Both the position numbers and the translations under genes were made by a program. Shown here piece after piece: positions 25,609-37,150 of a stretch of 64,000 bases of DNA (positions within the stretch are counted from its first letter, which is position 1; the number at the start of each line of letters is the position of its first letter). The notes beneath the pieces are model-generated. The model did no database searches and was not told where the DNA came from. It saw only the letters and a program-made list of their open reading frames with translations. Source of the DNA: Camelus ferus (taxonomy: Eukaryota); NCBI RefSeq assembly GCF_009834535.1, contig NC_045697.1, positions 19,346,001 to 19,410,000 on the forward strand, given 5' to 3'.

Positions 25609-26659
25609 GGTCCAGTTCCTTATTACTACATCAAACTGTCTCCTTGGCAGCAGCTGAACCATCAGAAATAAGTTAAATTACGTCCAATGAACTCTGCTTG
25701 AGAACGTAGGCAAGGAGGTAATACACTTTAGGCATATTTAAACAAAAAGCTGACACTTAATCATGTAAGCTTTAGTTATCTGGATAAATCATTTAGGTGG
25801 ACAAGACAGAAAAAAAGGAGCCACTGTAACGCTGTGTCATATCGGGTGCACTCCAAGCAATTACATCAAATATTGAATAGTCACTTTTAATCTTGTCCCT
25901 CGAGAGGTGACATCAGCCTTTTGCTTCTCTTTCTAGGGAGAGGTCTGTTCTTGGTGTTCTGGATCTTTGTAGAATCTCTCAGCTCATTGCTGAGGTCTAA
26001 ACTTTACTTTGTTTCCCCAGTTTCTGGGCTTTGAACTTATGATGCTTTTCCTTAAAACAATATCAGGGATATTAATATTTTCAATAATTGAAGTTTCACA
26101 GGTCCAGTTAGGGGTTTTCTGCAGCCTGACAACAATGCCTTTAAAATCAGTCTATTTCAATCTGTGAAGGGTTGAACAACTCTGTCTATTACAAGTTTAT
26201 AGACACTTATTCTGAACTTTTTTGTCTGATATCAGAAGCTGGTCACTTGCCTTTTCTTAACCTCCCCTCCTTTTCTACCTTAAGTGGTATACTATTTTCC
26301 CTGGCATAACATCGATTTCTTCAGCATTGCATTTTTGATTTGTCCATGAAATAAATGCCTGTGCTCCACCATGTAATCCTCTAGAATATTTTTTTTCCTT
26401 TTCGTATAAAATACTTTCATTGTTTCTGAAATCATTCTGAGGATGTGGCCACTCCATTTCCCCATGGACACTTTGATAATTTTCTGAGAACACTAAATAG
26501 TAAGGATGGTTACAAACCTACAATTTAGTCTTAAGGCTGGTATTAAAATCTAAATTCTGCTGAGACATGTTCTAAAGAATATTTCTATTTGTTGTTAAAA
26601 TCATAGAACATATTATTTTAAAAGCAGCCACTGTGCTTTTGAATGCTGTTTTCCAATTC

Positions 26660-26768
26660 TTCCCTTCCTCCTTTCCTTCCCTTTTCCCTCTTTTCTCCCT
26701 TCCTTCCTTTTTCCTTCCATCCTTCCATCTTCCTTCCTTCCTTCCTTCCTTCCTTCCTTCCTTCCTTC
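26660..26768. repeat. (CTTC)n-like polypyrimidine simple repeat at an L2 tail
   Basis: Direct reading; pure CTTC units in the right half. Confidence 0.9.
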
Positions 26769-26769
26769 T

Positions 26770-27790
26770 GCAAATAGTTATCAGATACCCATGCTGTGGC
26801 AAGTCCTGTTCTAGGCTCTGCTGTGTTTCACCAAGAATAAAGAAGTCAGTCCGACTGGAGCAGAGTGAGTAAGGAGGTGATGTAGAAGATGAGACTAGAA
26901 GGCTGGAGAGATGACAGGGAACAAGATCCTGCAGGACCTTACAGGCTGTTGTAAAAATGCCACATTTGTTCTGATGACATGGGAGACACTGGCGGGTTTG
27001 AGCAGAAGAGTGGCATCGTCTAGTTTCCAGGACCACTCTGTTAGTGTTGAGGATAGACTATAAGGAGCAGAGATAGAGCAGGAAGGCTGGTTAGGAAACT
27101 TCTGTTATCATCTAAGCCAAATGTGATGCTTCTTGGATCAGGGTGAATGTAGTGAGAAGGTAGAATCAACAGAATTTGCAGGTAGAGTAGGTGAGATGAG
27201 TAGAGTAGACGAGGGGAAGGTGGAAGTTAGGGATGAGTCCAAGGAGTTTGGTCTGAGTAACCACAAAAAAGAAAAGAGTTGCTGTTATATGAGGCAGGAA
27301 GAGTTAAGGCCATTTTTGGACATGCTGAGTTAGAGATGCCTTTTAGGTGTCTGGGAGGAGATGTTTTACCTACATAGTTGAATTTAAAACTCTAAAATTG
27401 ATGGGTGAGTTTGGATTGAAGAGATGTATTTGGGAGCCATCCATGTATAGCTGGTATTTAAAACTAGGAGACTGGATGAGATTTCTAAAGTGCCTGATGA
27501 TAGGGAAGAGTTTTGAGGGCTGGGCTATGGGCACACCTGTGTTTGGAGGGTAAGGAGATAAGAAGGAACCAGCTGAAAAGATGAAGTGGCTGAGTGAAGA
27601 AAGTATGTCAAGGAGGAGAAAGTAATAAACTATGCCACATATCGCCGTTGGGTCCTTTAAAATGAGGGCTGAGAGCTGCCTATTGGATGTGGAAACGTGG
27701 AGAATTGGTAGAGACAGCAAGAATAGACAATTCCATTGTGGTGTTTTGAGGGAAAGAGGTGCAGAAAGTAGGGTACTTGCTGGGGGGAAG
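26770..27790 (-). mobile_element. L2 LINE fragment, ~1 kb
   Basis: Purine-rich antisense L2 features: GGAGCAGAGTGAG..AGATGAGACTAGA..TTTGGACATGCTGAGTTAGAGATGCC..TTTGGGAGCCATC. Confidence 0.8.
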
Positions 27791-29189
27791 ATGAAAATTC
27801 AAGGTAAATTGATATTCAACTAATGTCATCAAAATGAACTGCAGGAAATGGTAGAAATAACAGCCTTTCACGTTGTCTGAGAGGACTGAATGTCCCACAT
27901 GCTCTGTTAATCCTCTGAGATTTACTGATCATCAAACTTGGACTTCTGGGTTTAGAAACTTTTGTGATGAAGGGATTTTTGCAGGAGAACATCTCTGTGG
28001 TCAATCTAAGTAGGACCCTGATAAAAAAGCATTACATATGTCTCAGCTATTTTGATTGATTTTTAAATTAAATTATTAATTCATTTGTTCAAAATGTTTA
28101 TTGAGCACCCACCATGTATGTGTGAGTCGACTGCTAAGGACAGAAAGATGTGGGTGATGTGATCATGAAGGGATAAACATGTAAACCAATAATGACTTGA
28201 TAAACCAACCAGTTGATTTGGGCTACAGTGGAGGGACTTTCAGAGTGCTGGGGTAACCCAGCAGAAGAACAAGCTGAAAGCTTTATAAAGCAATGAAAAG
28301 GAGAAAAGGGATTTAGACCACGAGCAGGGGGTTGCACTGGATAATGTTGACAGGTTGTTGAAAATTTGAACTTCACGAAAACAGTGAATGCTGTCCTCTC
28401 TCCGAGTAGGAGGAACCATGCCGACACGCCTGTGGGAAAAGGTTTATCAGGATAACAACGAGGTGAGAGAGCTTATGCTCCCCTGTGTGTGTTAACAAGG
28501 CTGGAGTAAGATCAACCCATGCCCTGAAAACAGCTCAGCAGTGGTTCCCCCTCAGCCCTTCCATTGCTCGCAATAAGCAGCTTAAGTGTCTGTTACACAA
28601 ATCAGATGATGAGTTAAATGCAAGCCAGATCCAGCCAGCTGTGTTTATACTCAAAGGGGAGTGGAAACTCTCATTTCATGAAATGGAAACAAATGTTGTG
28701 TCTAAGGACCGCTTCAAACAAAAATTTTAAACTTTAAACACTCACCGTGTCCAAGAAAACATTTTTTTAAGCAATGCAGACTAAATTTAAACACAACAGA
28801 TAAAGACAATGATAAAAAAATCCATTAAAGTTGAGATTGACGATGAAAGAGAGAAAAACTCCCAACTCCAAGGTGCCTCCCTTACCTTTCCTCCTTTGTG
28901 TCCTAAGCACATGCTTGTTTTGTTTGATGGGGAATTCAGGGCTAGTGTTTCATGAGGGTAGACAGCACCAGGAGTCAGATCTGAAGCAGGGGTGAAGGAG
29001 ATAGTTATTATGCATGGCTGAGCCCAGAGGGAAAGCCCGGATAATCACAAGGGAGAGTAATTTGAAAGGATGCAGATCTGGGTAATGATTAACCATTTTT
29101 TTCCCTGTGGTATGCTAAGAGCTCAGGGCCTGGCAGTGACTGCTTTGGACAACAACCATGGTAACTATGGTAACAATAGTACTACAATT

Positions 29190-29490
29190 AGAGAAAAAAG
29201 AAGAATTAACTTTTTGTAGAGAACTTAATATATATTTGACATCATGCTGCATACATATCATGAATTATCTCATTGAATCCTCATGACACATTTTCTTTTT
29301 TTTAAAATATACTTTTATTGAAGTATAGTCAGTTTACTATGTTGTGTCAATTTCTGGAGTTTTTTTTTCTTACTCATGACACGTTTTTGATGTAAGTAAT
29401 ATTGCTATTCATACTTTATAGGTAAGGAAATTGAGAATTGGAGAGGTCAAATGAAGCTGGTGTTTGAATCCAGGTGTATTTGGCTCAGTT
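29190..29490 (-). mobile_element. MIR SINE interrupted by a short L1 tail
   Basis: ATTATCTCATTGAATCCTCATGACAC...TTTATAGGTAAGGAAATTGAGA..GAGAGGTCAAATGA..TTTGAATCCAGG. Confidence 0.7.
29295..29372 (-). mobile_element. ~78-bp 5'-truncated L1 tail with 15-bp TSD
   Basis: TTTTATTGAAGTATAGTCAGTTTACTATGTTGTGTCAATTTCTGG; TSD CTCATGACACATTTT (29280-29294) / CTCATGACACGTTTT (29373-29387). Confidence 0.85.
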
Positions 29491-30615
29491 TTTACATTAC
29501 AAAGTCATCTATGTCCACAGTGAATCTTGCCTGTTACCTTGTAAACTCCTTTCAGTGGATTTGCATCTAGTTGACCCTGGTAACCCTTCTGATGCCTACC
29601 ATAGTGTCTTGCAGGTAGTAAGTTTGTTGAGTGAATGAATGAATAGAGCCTGCATCAACAATTACAAACACTTCCCCTTAAGAACCTGTACCGTATAATT
29701 CCTAAAGTAGCATTTTATTTGTAACAAAACTGTTGGAAAATGTCAATAATAAAGTAATAAATGACTTACTATCTAAAATATTACTTTTGACATCATCTTA
29801 TATATTTTCAATATTGTTCTAGGATTTCTCATTTAAGAAGGAAAGTCTCATTAAGCAAGAATCTTGAAACAAGGAGTTTACAACATATATGTATATATAT
29901 ATTTCTTTCATGTGATAATGCCTTGTGTGTTTAATTTTTAACTCTAACACAGAATTAAATTGTTTAGTGACCTGAAAATTGAAAATTTTCTCTGTATCAA
30001 GACAAAAAGGATCATTTCTGGACTGAGAGTGAATAAATGTTCCCTGGTTAGCACTTCAGATCTTCACCAGTCGCATGTCAGAGATTTGTGTTTTCCAGAT
30101 TAATTATTAGTCTAGGCAAAGACTGTGTGCTGTCACGCTTCACAATTAATACGCAGAGTGTTTTGAAAGAAAGATAATTTGGTGTTTTGAAAGGGAGATA
30201 ATTTTGTGTTTTCTGGCTCATTCTTCAGGGATAAAAATAAATGGAGATGACGCACTTCTAGTCTTTATTGCAGTGGAGGCAGCAGTTGATTAATTAAGTT
30301 GTTACCCAACTGTAAACAACCCATGTCAGTTATTTTACAACTTTAATAAAGTTTTTAGAAATTTACATCAAAATTTTAATCAACATTACATGTATTATTT
30401 ATAATACCTGGGTGGTATCTCTGTGGTGTGTTTCTAAGCATTGTGCACGGTGCAGAATTTCAAACTTGATTCTTCATTAAATTTTGATTCCCAAACTTAA
30501 CTCTGCTAGGTGAGCACAGAGAGGACAAAGTCCTCGACCATCTTGGAAAGGAAAGTGCTCCCCACACTGCGCAGGGCCTCCTGGAGCCCCGGGGGGAGGA
30601 GCTTCGTGGTTACCG

Positions 30616-30633
30616 CCCCCCCCCCCCCCCCCC
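30616..30633. repeat. C18 homopolymer
   Basis: Direct reading. Confidence 0.95.
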
Positions 30634-31619
30634 GCCTTCGTAGTTTCCTAGTTTCTCCTGTTGAATTGCTGAGTTGACCAACATTCCTATATACTCAGCA
30701 AGGTCCCAGCTGATTGGGGGTAAAAATACTTTACAAAACCCACCAAATACCTTGGAGGAAACAGATTATCCGAAGTCAAAGGATGACGGGGGAGAAACGC
30801 AGAAAACAGCAGGACGGGTTTGAGGAGGTGGAGGACGAGATTCGACACATAAAAAATTCATGCTGAGCCTTCCTAAGCTGCTCACATGAAGAGTGATTAA
30901 GGCAAAACTAATGTCTTCCAGTCATTTAGAGGAGGGAAGACACACTTTTTAGAGCAGACTTTAATTTTATTCTTAGAATTTATGTGAAAGGAAAGAAACA
31001 CGGGAGGGAAATGCAATTAAAATCAAATTTTTGTTCGACATGTGCTGTTTAGATTGGGACTCACATTAATTCAAAGAACGGGAAGATTATCATCAAATAT
31101 TTAGCATCCTTTTGTGTGAATATAGAAAGTTCAGTAAACACGGTCTCTAACTTTTCAGAGTTACCTATCTAAGGCAGAATTAAGATATGGTGTGCAGAAA
31201 TATGACCATTTAGAGACAGGGACAGTATTCTCTGTGTCTTGAGATAAGCAGAATAAACAAACCTCTTCTTATGCAGGAGCTAGGTTTGCAGTTTGAAAAG
31301 CAGAACTTTCAAAGCCTTGAATGTATCACAAGCACGTTTCCCATGGGATAATTGTTCTGTTCATTTTAAAATAGCTTTGGAATGACTAAGTCTCCTTTGC
31401 AAAGATTATTGACACCTTGGAAAATATTGAAGAGCCAGAAAAATGTGTCAAGTTCATCAATGGGCAAACGGGTTCACTTTTGGAGTAAATGGTGAGCATT
31501 TTTCTTAAAAGAGTGTGACATAAATAATGCTTTTGCTCTTTGTCTAATTTAACTGATTAGTAACCACCAAATGCTCTAAGGGTAGAACAGTTCCTTCAAA
31601 TTTCCCCTGAGGATGTGGC

Positions 31620-31850
31620 CTGTACACTGGCAGCTGGCGGGCCACATGGCCCTGGAGATATATTTTGTTTGGCTTACAAAGGGCTCTTGTTGATTTTTCT
31701 TTGAGACAAACCAACATTTAAAAATTGGGAAATATTATCCAAATACCTAGATTTATGCTTCCTCTTGAAAAAATGTGGTCAGACCATGTTTTCACACAGG
31801 TACAGTCAGACGGAGTTAAGAAATGTCTGCCTTTTTCGATACCTAAGTTC
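31620..31850. mobile_element. hAT-Charlie element (MER102-like)
   Basis: CCAACATTTAAAAATTGGGAAATATT..CCTAGATTTATGCTTCCTCTTGAAAAAAT resembles the MER102 internal motif. Confidence 0.6.
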
Positions 31851-33389
31851 TTCAGTTTCCTGATATTTCTGAACATTTTAATCATTTTTCCTCTTCTAAG
31901 AAGCCTTTGGAGACCTTTTTCCCCTTCCTAATTACATCATCATCTCCATAAAATTTTAGTACCATGGATATGCTGTGTATCTGGTTTACGTACTGTGCCC
32001 TTTGGAGGACCACAAGCCACTGTAATACCTAAGGATTTTGTGTTCTCAAGGACCAATTTTTGTTCCCTTGGGAATGGCATCATCCCAAGGAGAACACATG
32101 CTGCTCTAAACCCTACAGTTCTTCAGTGGTGGAGCCTGAATGTGTTTTGTGGGACTGAAAATAAAATGCATGTGACAAAATCGGAAACCATCAGTCCTGC
32201 ACCTCCTCTACTCTGCTCCTTTATGTGCCTGGCCCATGTGTGCATTTATGTTTGAAGTCTCTGATCTATTTGGAATAAAAATAAATAATCTCTGAGACCT
32301 CAAAGGGCTTTGAAAGCGGCCACTTGTCTGGGATGCCTGAGCTGGCTACAAGCTTCTGCGCTGAGCTGTGGAGCAGCCATTTTCGTCAGCGATTTCCCGG
32401 GTGAATGCAAGATGGGTGCTTTTTTAATCCTGAAAAGAGATCACTGAGGATGGGTTCTGGTCTTGAGCTAGTAAACTTCTTCATTTAACTGGTAAGGTGT
32501 TTGTGCTCAACAAATATTTGTTGACACTTTCTCTAATGCGCGTTCATGACACCAGTGAAACATTTCATCCTGACCCGAGCACAGTGATGAATTTGATCAT
32601 GAGAGTGTTCTTCCGGTTCCCCGGTTCTAACCATTGGATGTTTGCTAAAAGTTATTGAGTGACTTAAAATAACTAACATTTAAATGCTGAAAATAGAAGC
32701 ATCAGCAGAAGTTGGAGAGAATCTACTAATTCACTGATCTTTGGTGAAGGTTACTAGGTCGATGCAATTCGTCTGTGACGTGCTTCCTTGCAAATGAAGC
32801 TTGTAAGTTTATGGGACAGAACAAGAAGATACGTAGCAGTAAAATGCTAGCAGTAGGAATTTAGGTGTTAGGAAGAAGTATTTTTCGACTTCATCAAAGT
32901 GTGGATAGTGTTCAGCTGTTAGGGTTCATTTGGTAAGTAGGAGACAGGCTAGATCAGAGGACTGGTGCTGAGTTGAATGCATAACGTCCAGCAAGGGGCT
33001 TGAGTTAACCGTACTGATTCTTGGACCCTGCTTTTGTAGCTTCTGATTCTGGGGTCAGGTAGGTCCATAACCTACTGGAATAGAAATCACTGGGCTAGGT
33101 GAACTTTTGCGATTCTAAGCATCAGCTCCTGAAGAACATATTTCAGGACCTGAAAGATTAATCCAGCTGGAAATTCATTAGGTTTGTAAACTAGCTGAAT
33201 ACCTCGTACCAGCTGGGACCTGGTACCAGAATATTTTGACGCTTAGTAGGTGTAAAAGAGGTAAGCGATGCTACTTGGGGAGAGTTTTTTTCTGTCTGTG
33301 TATATACTACAAGTTACGGAAGTATAGGTGGCAGAACAATTCTCAGCTTTGACTAGAATAAGCATAGGTTAACTGCTATTACAGTTAAA

Positions 33390-33900
33390 TACTATGGCTT
33401 GTTTAGTTGCTAGGGGCAGAAAATTAATTCCAATGACTTAAGCCAAAAGGGGAATTGTTAGTTCCCCTTTTTGGAAAGGAGAGGTTTGGATCCAGGTATT
33501 GAATAGGTTCTGTCTTTCTATTCTTCAATTCTGCTTTCTTTAGCAATGGCTTCATTCTCAGGCTTGGGTCCTCCAGCAGCTCTGGCGTGACAAATCTACT
33601 GGCTTGGAAACTCTAGGGCACAGAGAGTTTCTCCTTCTCTAGGAGGCCGACAAAAGGGCCAGAGCAGGTTCTCAATGGCTTGCCTGGGTCATGTGATGGT
33701 TCCAGGAAAAATCACTGTGGCCAGGAAATCTGACTTCTTGAGTCGTACATCCATTCTCATGGTTTGGGGCTTGTGTCAGCTCAATCTGAAACCTACGGGA
33801 TTAGGACAGAGATTGTTCTTCAAACGAAAATAGGGCACGGTTGCCAAAAGTAGGGGAAATGACTGCTGAGCAAACCGACTCCACAGATGTTCACCACAGA
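33390..33900. mobile_element. Old MaLR LTR (MLT1K/L-like)
   Basis: GACTTAAGCCAAAAGGGGAATT..GGCTTCATTCTCAGGC..GGGTCATGTG..ATCACTGTGGCCAGG..GATGTTCACCACA. Confidence 0.65.
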
Positions 33901-36900
33901 TGCCTTAAAATAGTAGCCAATATCATCACCTGCGAGTTTTCTGAGGTTAAAATCTACCTTCATTTCTAAGAGAACTTATTAATATATGGGTGGTAAGACT
34001 GCTTTTCATTTCCTTTAATTGTCATTCATGAAAGAGAATTTCAGAATCCTGGCTTTATTCAAGGAAAACAAAATTTTCCTGTTCTAAACCATGATCAAAC
34101 TTACCCTAGGAAACTGAGTTTATGTCTGAAAACATTTTTTCCATCATCTTATTGGTGATATCTGAGTTAGAATGAAAAGAGAATCTTTCTCTACTTGCAA
34201 GATGATCGGTGTAAGACCTGAGAAATCAGACCTTTAAAGCAAATCAGGACCTGAAAGGTCAAGAATGTCACATCCTAGAAGACATTTGATGAAGCCAAGA
34301 AGGGATGACTGGACACACCCTAAAAACTCTGGAAAGAGAAATAATAAAATAACAGATGGTCGTCTATTCAAAGGGATGAGAAGGAGGGACAACAGTGAGA
34401 GAGAAAGTTTTTTTGGACAACTTTTTATATTTTAATGTTATATATTTTTATATTTTCAGTGTTTTAGTCGTTCTGAACTATTTAAGATTTATATGTAAAA
34501 AATAAAAAGTTGTTGGTCCATGACAAAAAAAATCCTTCAATTCATCACAGAAGCAAAACATGACCTAGTGCCCCTCTGTGTTGATTCTGATCATGCCTCT
34601 GTCTGCTTCCTGGGCAAGCCGTCATTTTCCTGAAACTTCCGAGTGAGCCTCTTCTGCTGGGGATACACCAGAAACTTCCAAGTCAACCTTTCCAGGTGTA
34701 AATTTTCAACTCCTCAATGATGATGCTTTTCTCATGGAAAAGAGACTGCACAGAAGCTTCACTAGCAAGCCAATGAGATGCTCGAAGCAAAGAAGTGAAA
34801 AATGACACTGCTTAGTGGGCAGGTCAGAAAACTGGCCTCAGAAGATTTTCTGTTAAAAACCTGAGGAATTTCTTAGTTTACAGCCATCTTTGCCTTCACT
34901 TACACAAGGAATTCTTTCTCTCCCATGTGAATTTCTCCTGAATATAAATTAAAATAGATAAAACCCCCAGAGCATTGCTCTCATAGACTCTATATGGGGA
35001 AATGCTGTTTCAAAAAAGATTTTGGGAAAACCTGTGCTATAGGAAAGTCAGCACCCCTGAAGGGCTAGCTTTCCAGTTATGCAGAAACTTGGCCAAACAT
35101 AAGGATGCATTTGGGCTGATTACAGGAAACAGGCGTTGCTAGCTGGAGGGGTGGATCCTGGGGTTTCTTGGGCTTCCTCAGATGTCTCCTGCATTTGAGT
35201 CCCGGCATTTTAATGTTCTCCTTCACTTTTCCCTCATATCATTTCCTCACCATAATGCAAATTGATGAGTAAAACTAAATCAATACGGTGGAAGAAGCAA
35301 TATAAACCTCCACCCAAATTAAATCCGTCTCTGAAAAAGATATTTTGAAGAGGAGGGACCGGCCAGCTCTGAAATCTTCTTGGAGTTGTGCTGATAAAGG
35401 ATTGAGTTCACCTTGCTTTACCTTTTCGAAACCCGAAGACGGCCTCGTGCCTGAGAAGTCGTATCTCATTTTATTTTCTATTCAGGGCTGCTGCCTCCTC
35501 CTCCCTGTCTTGATTTTGCAGGGTCTCTGTTGATCTGGCACGAGTGTGCAGGTCTTTTTTTTTTTTTTAAATGATGTTATCTGTTTACTATTCAAATGCA
35601 ATTTTAAGTGGTTTGGCTCAGCACATTTGAATCAAAAATCCTATTAAAGATGCAATATTCCTCTGCTACCATTTTGCCGAGCGCATTCAAGCAGCATCCT
35701 TTTCTGAATCGGAATATAATACTGTATACCTGCTCCGGGTGATGTGATTTCCAGCATTGAATCTGCAGTCCTGAAACAGGCTGTTCACCTTCCTATCATG
35801 GAAATTTGCTATTCATGCATAATTTTCTCCCCTACATTTACAAAATACATTAGTAGCCACGTGACCTTGCCCTTGCTCTGCTCTGTAGCCTTTTCATTTG
35901 AAATCTTTCAACTTACTATTTTTGCTCCTACCATCTGATAGAAATCATGGAATTGCTGAGTTAAGATAAACACCCTCTGTTCCTTTCTTTCTTTTTTTTT
36001 CTAAGCATGCTTGGCCATGGCAGGAATGAAGGAAAAGGGATAAAGAAAGAGTAATTGGATCATTTCTCTTAAAGCAAAAAGTTCTGACCACCGGATTGAT
36101 GAGAAGCATGTTTAATTCTAAATATTTTGCATCTACTTAACTGCCTAATTGCATGGGTAAATGAGCTGTAAGAGGGAGAGCGCAGCTGAAACCTCTGATC
36201 GATTTCAGCCAGTTTGAAAACACTGCTGGAAACGCGAGAGGCTGCGTTTCTCCTCTGGTAAATTTTAAACTTCTTCAGAGGGCACTGTTTATGAAACAAG
36301 GCAGACTTTCCGCTCGGGCAGCCTTTTCCAATTACAGAGCCTTCCCTGCAGTATCTGGAGATGGAATCAGAGACCACATGTGAGTTCCGGGCTGCACCAA
36401 GCAGTCCAAAGCCAGCATGTCCAACACCCAGCCTCCGTTTCTCAGTGGGCTGCAGCCTAGGGTTGTTTCCAAGTGCATTTGACATATTTTCTGTGTGGTG
36501 AATATGTGGGAGCAGGTTATCTGCAATAATTGGCCAGCTGGGATTGCCTGTGTGAAGCTCTTGAAACTCACCAGCATCAATTGCATCAGTTGAAATCGTT
36601 GTGTTGTTGTCACTCACAAAGTAAGTCTGTGTGTACACGTGTGTGCATATATGCTCATATTCACACACATACATCCGTGGCTATTCAGGGTGTTTTTTTT
36701 TTTTTTTTTAAAGAGTTACTGATTGTTTAGAAATCTGGGACTAAATCATAATCGCACATTCATTAGGGAAAGAAAATCTACCTGGGTTGCCTTGGAAGGT
36801 GGCTAATGTGGTCTAGACTGTTGGTGGGGATATTCAACATCCTTTAGCTAGTAGCTGGGCAATCCCAGTTGTGATAATTATGAGCAAAACAAACACAATA

Positions 36901-36999
36901 ATATCATATAACAATAGTAATAGTAATAACAAAAACAGCAACAGTGCAATGTATTGGGTATAATCTGTGCCAAGCTTTACCGGGCTAAGACTTTAATGC

Positions 37000-37150
37000 A
37001 ATAGTGACAGCATGAGTTCTAGAGCCAGACTTTGAATTTGAATCTTGTCTCAATCACTTACTAGTTTTTTGACACATCAGTTAACCTCTTCGTGCCTCAG
37101 TTGTATCAACTGCAAAATGGGAATAATAATTATAGCTAACTCTACCAGAT
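37000..37150 (+). mobile_element. MIR SINE
   Basis: TCTAGAGCCAGAC..TTTGAATCTTG..TTAACCTCTTCGTGCCTCAGTTGTATCAACTGCAAAATGGGAATAATAAT. Confidence 0.8.

Noticed and set aside
26572..27036. 154-aa ORF with RKEG repeats
   Set aside because: L2 sequence plus the (CTTC)n repeat.
36069..36674. Longest ORF in the track (201 aa, minus strand)
   Set aside because: It starts in TG/CA low-complexity sequence, has no recognisable domain and no evident exon context; likely a chance ORF over a non-coding element.
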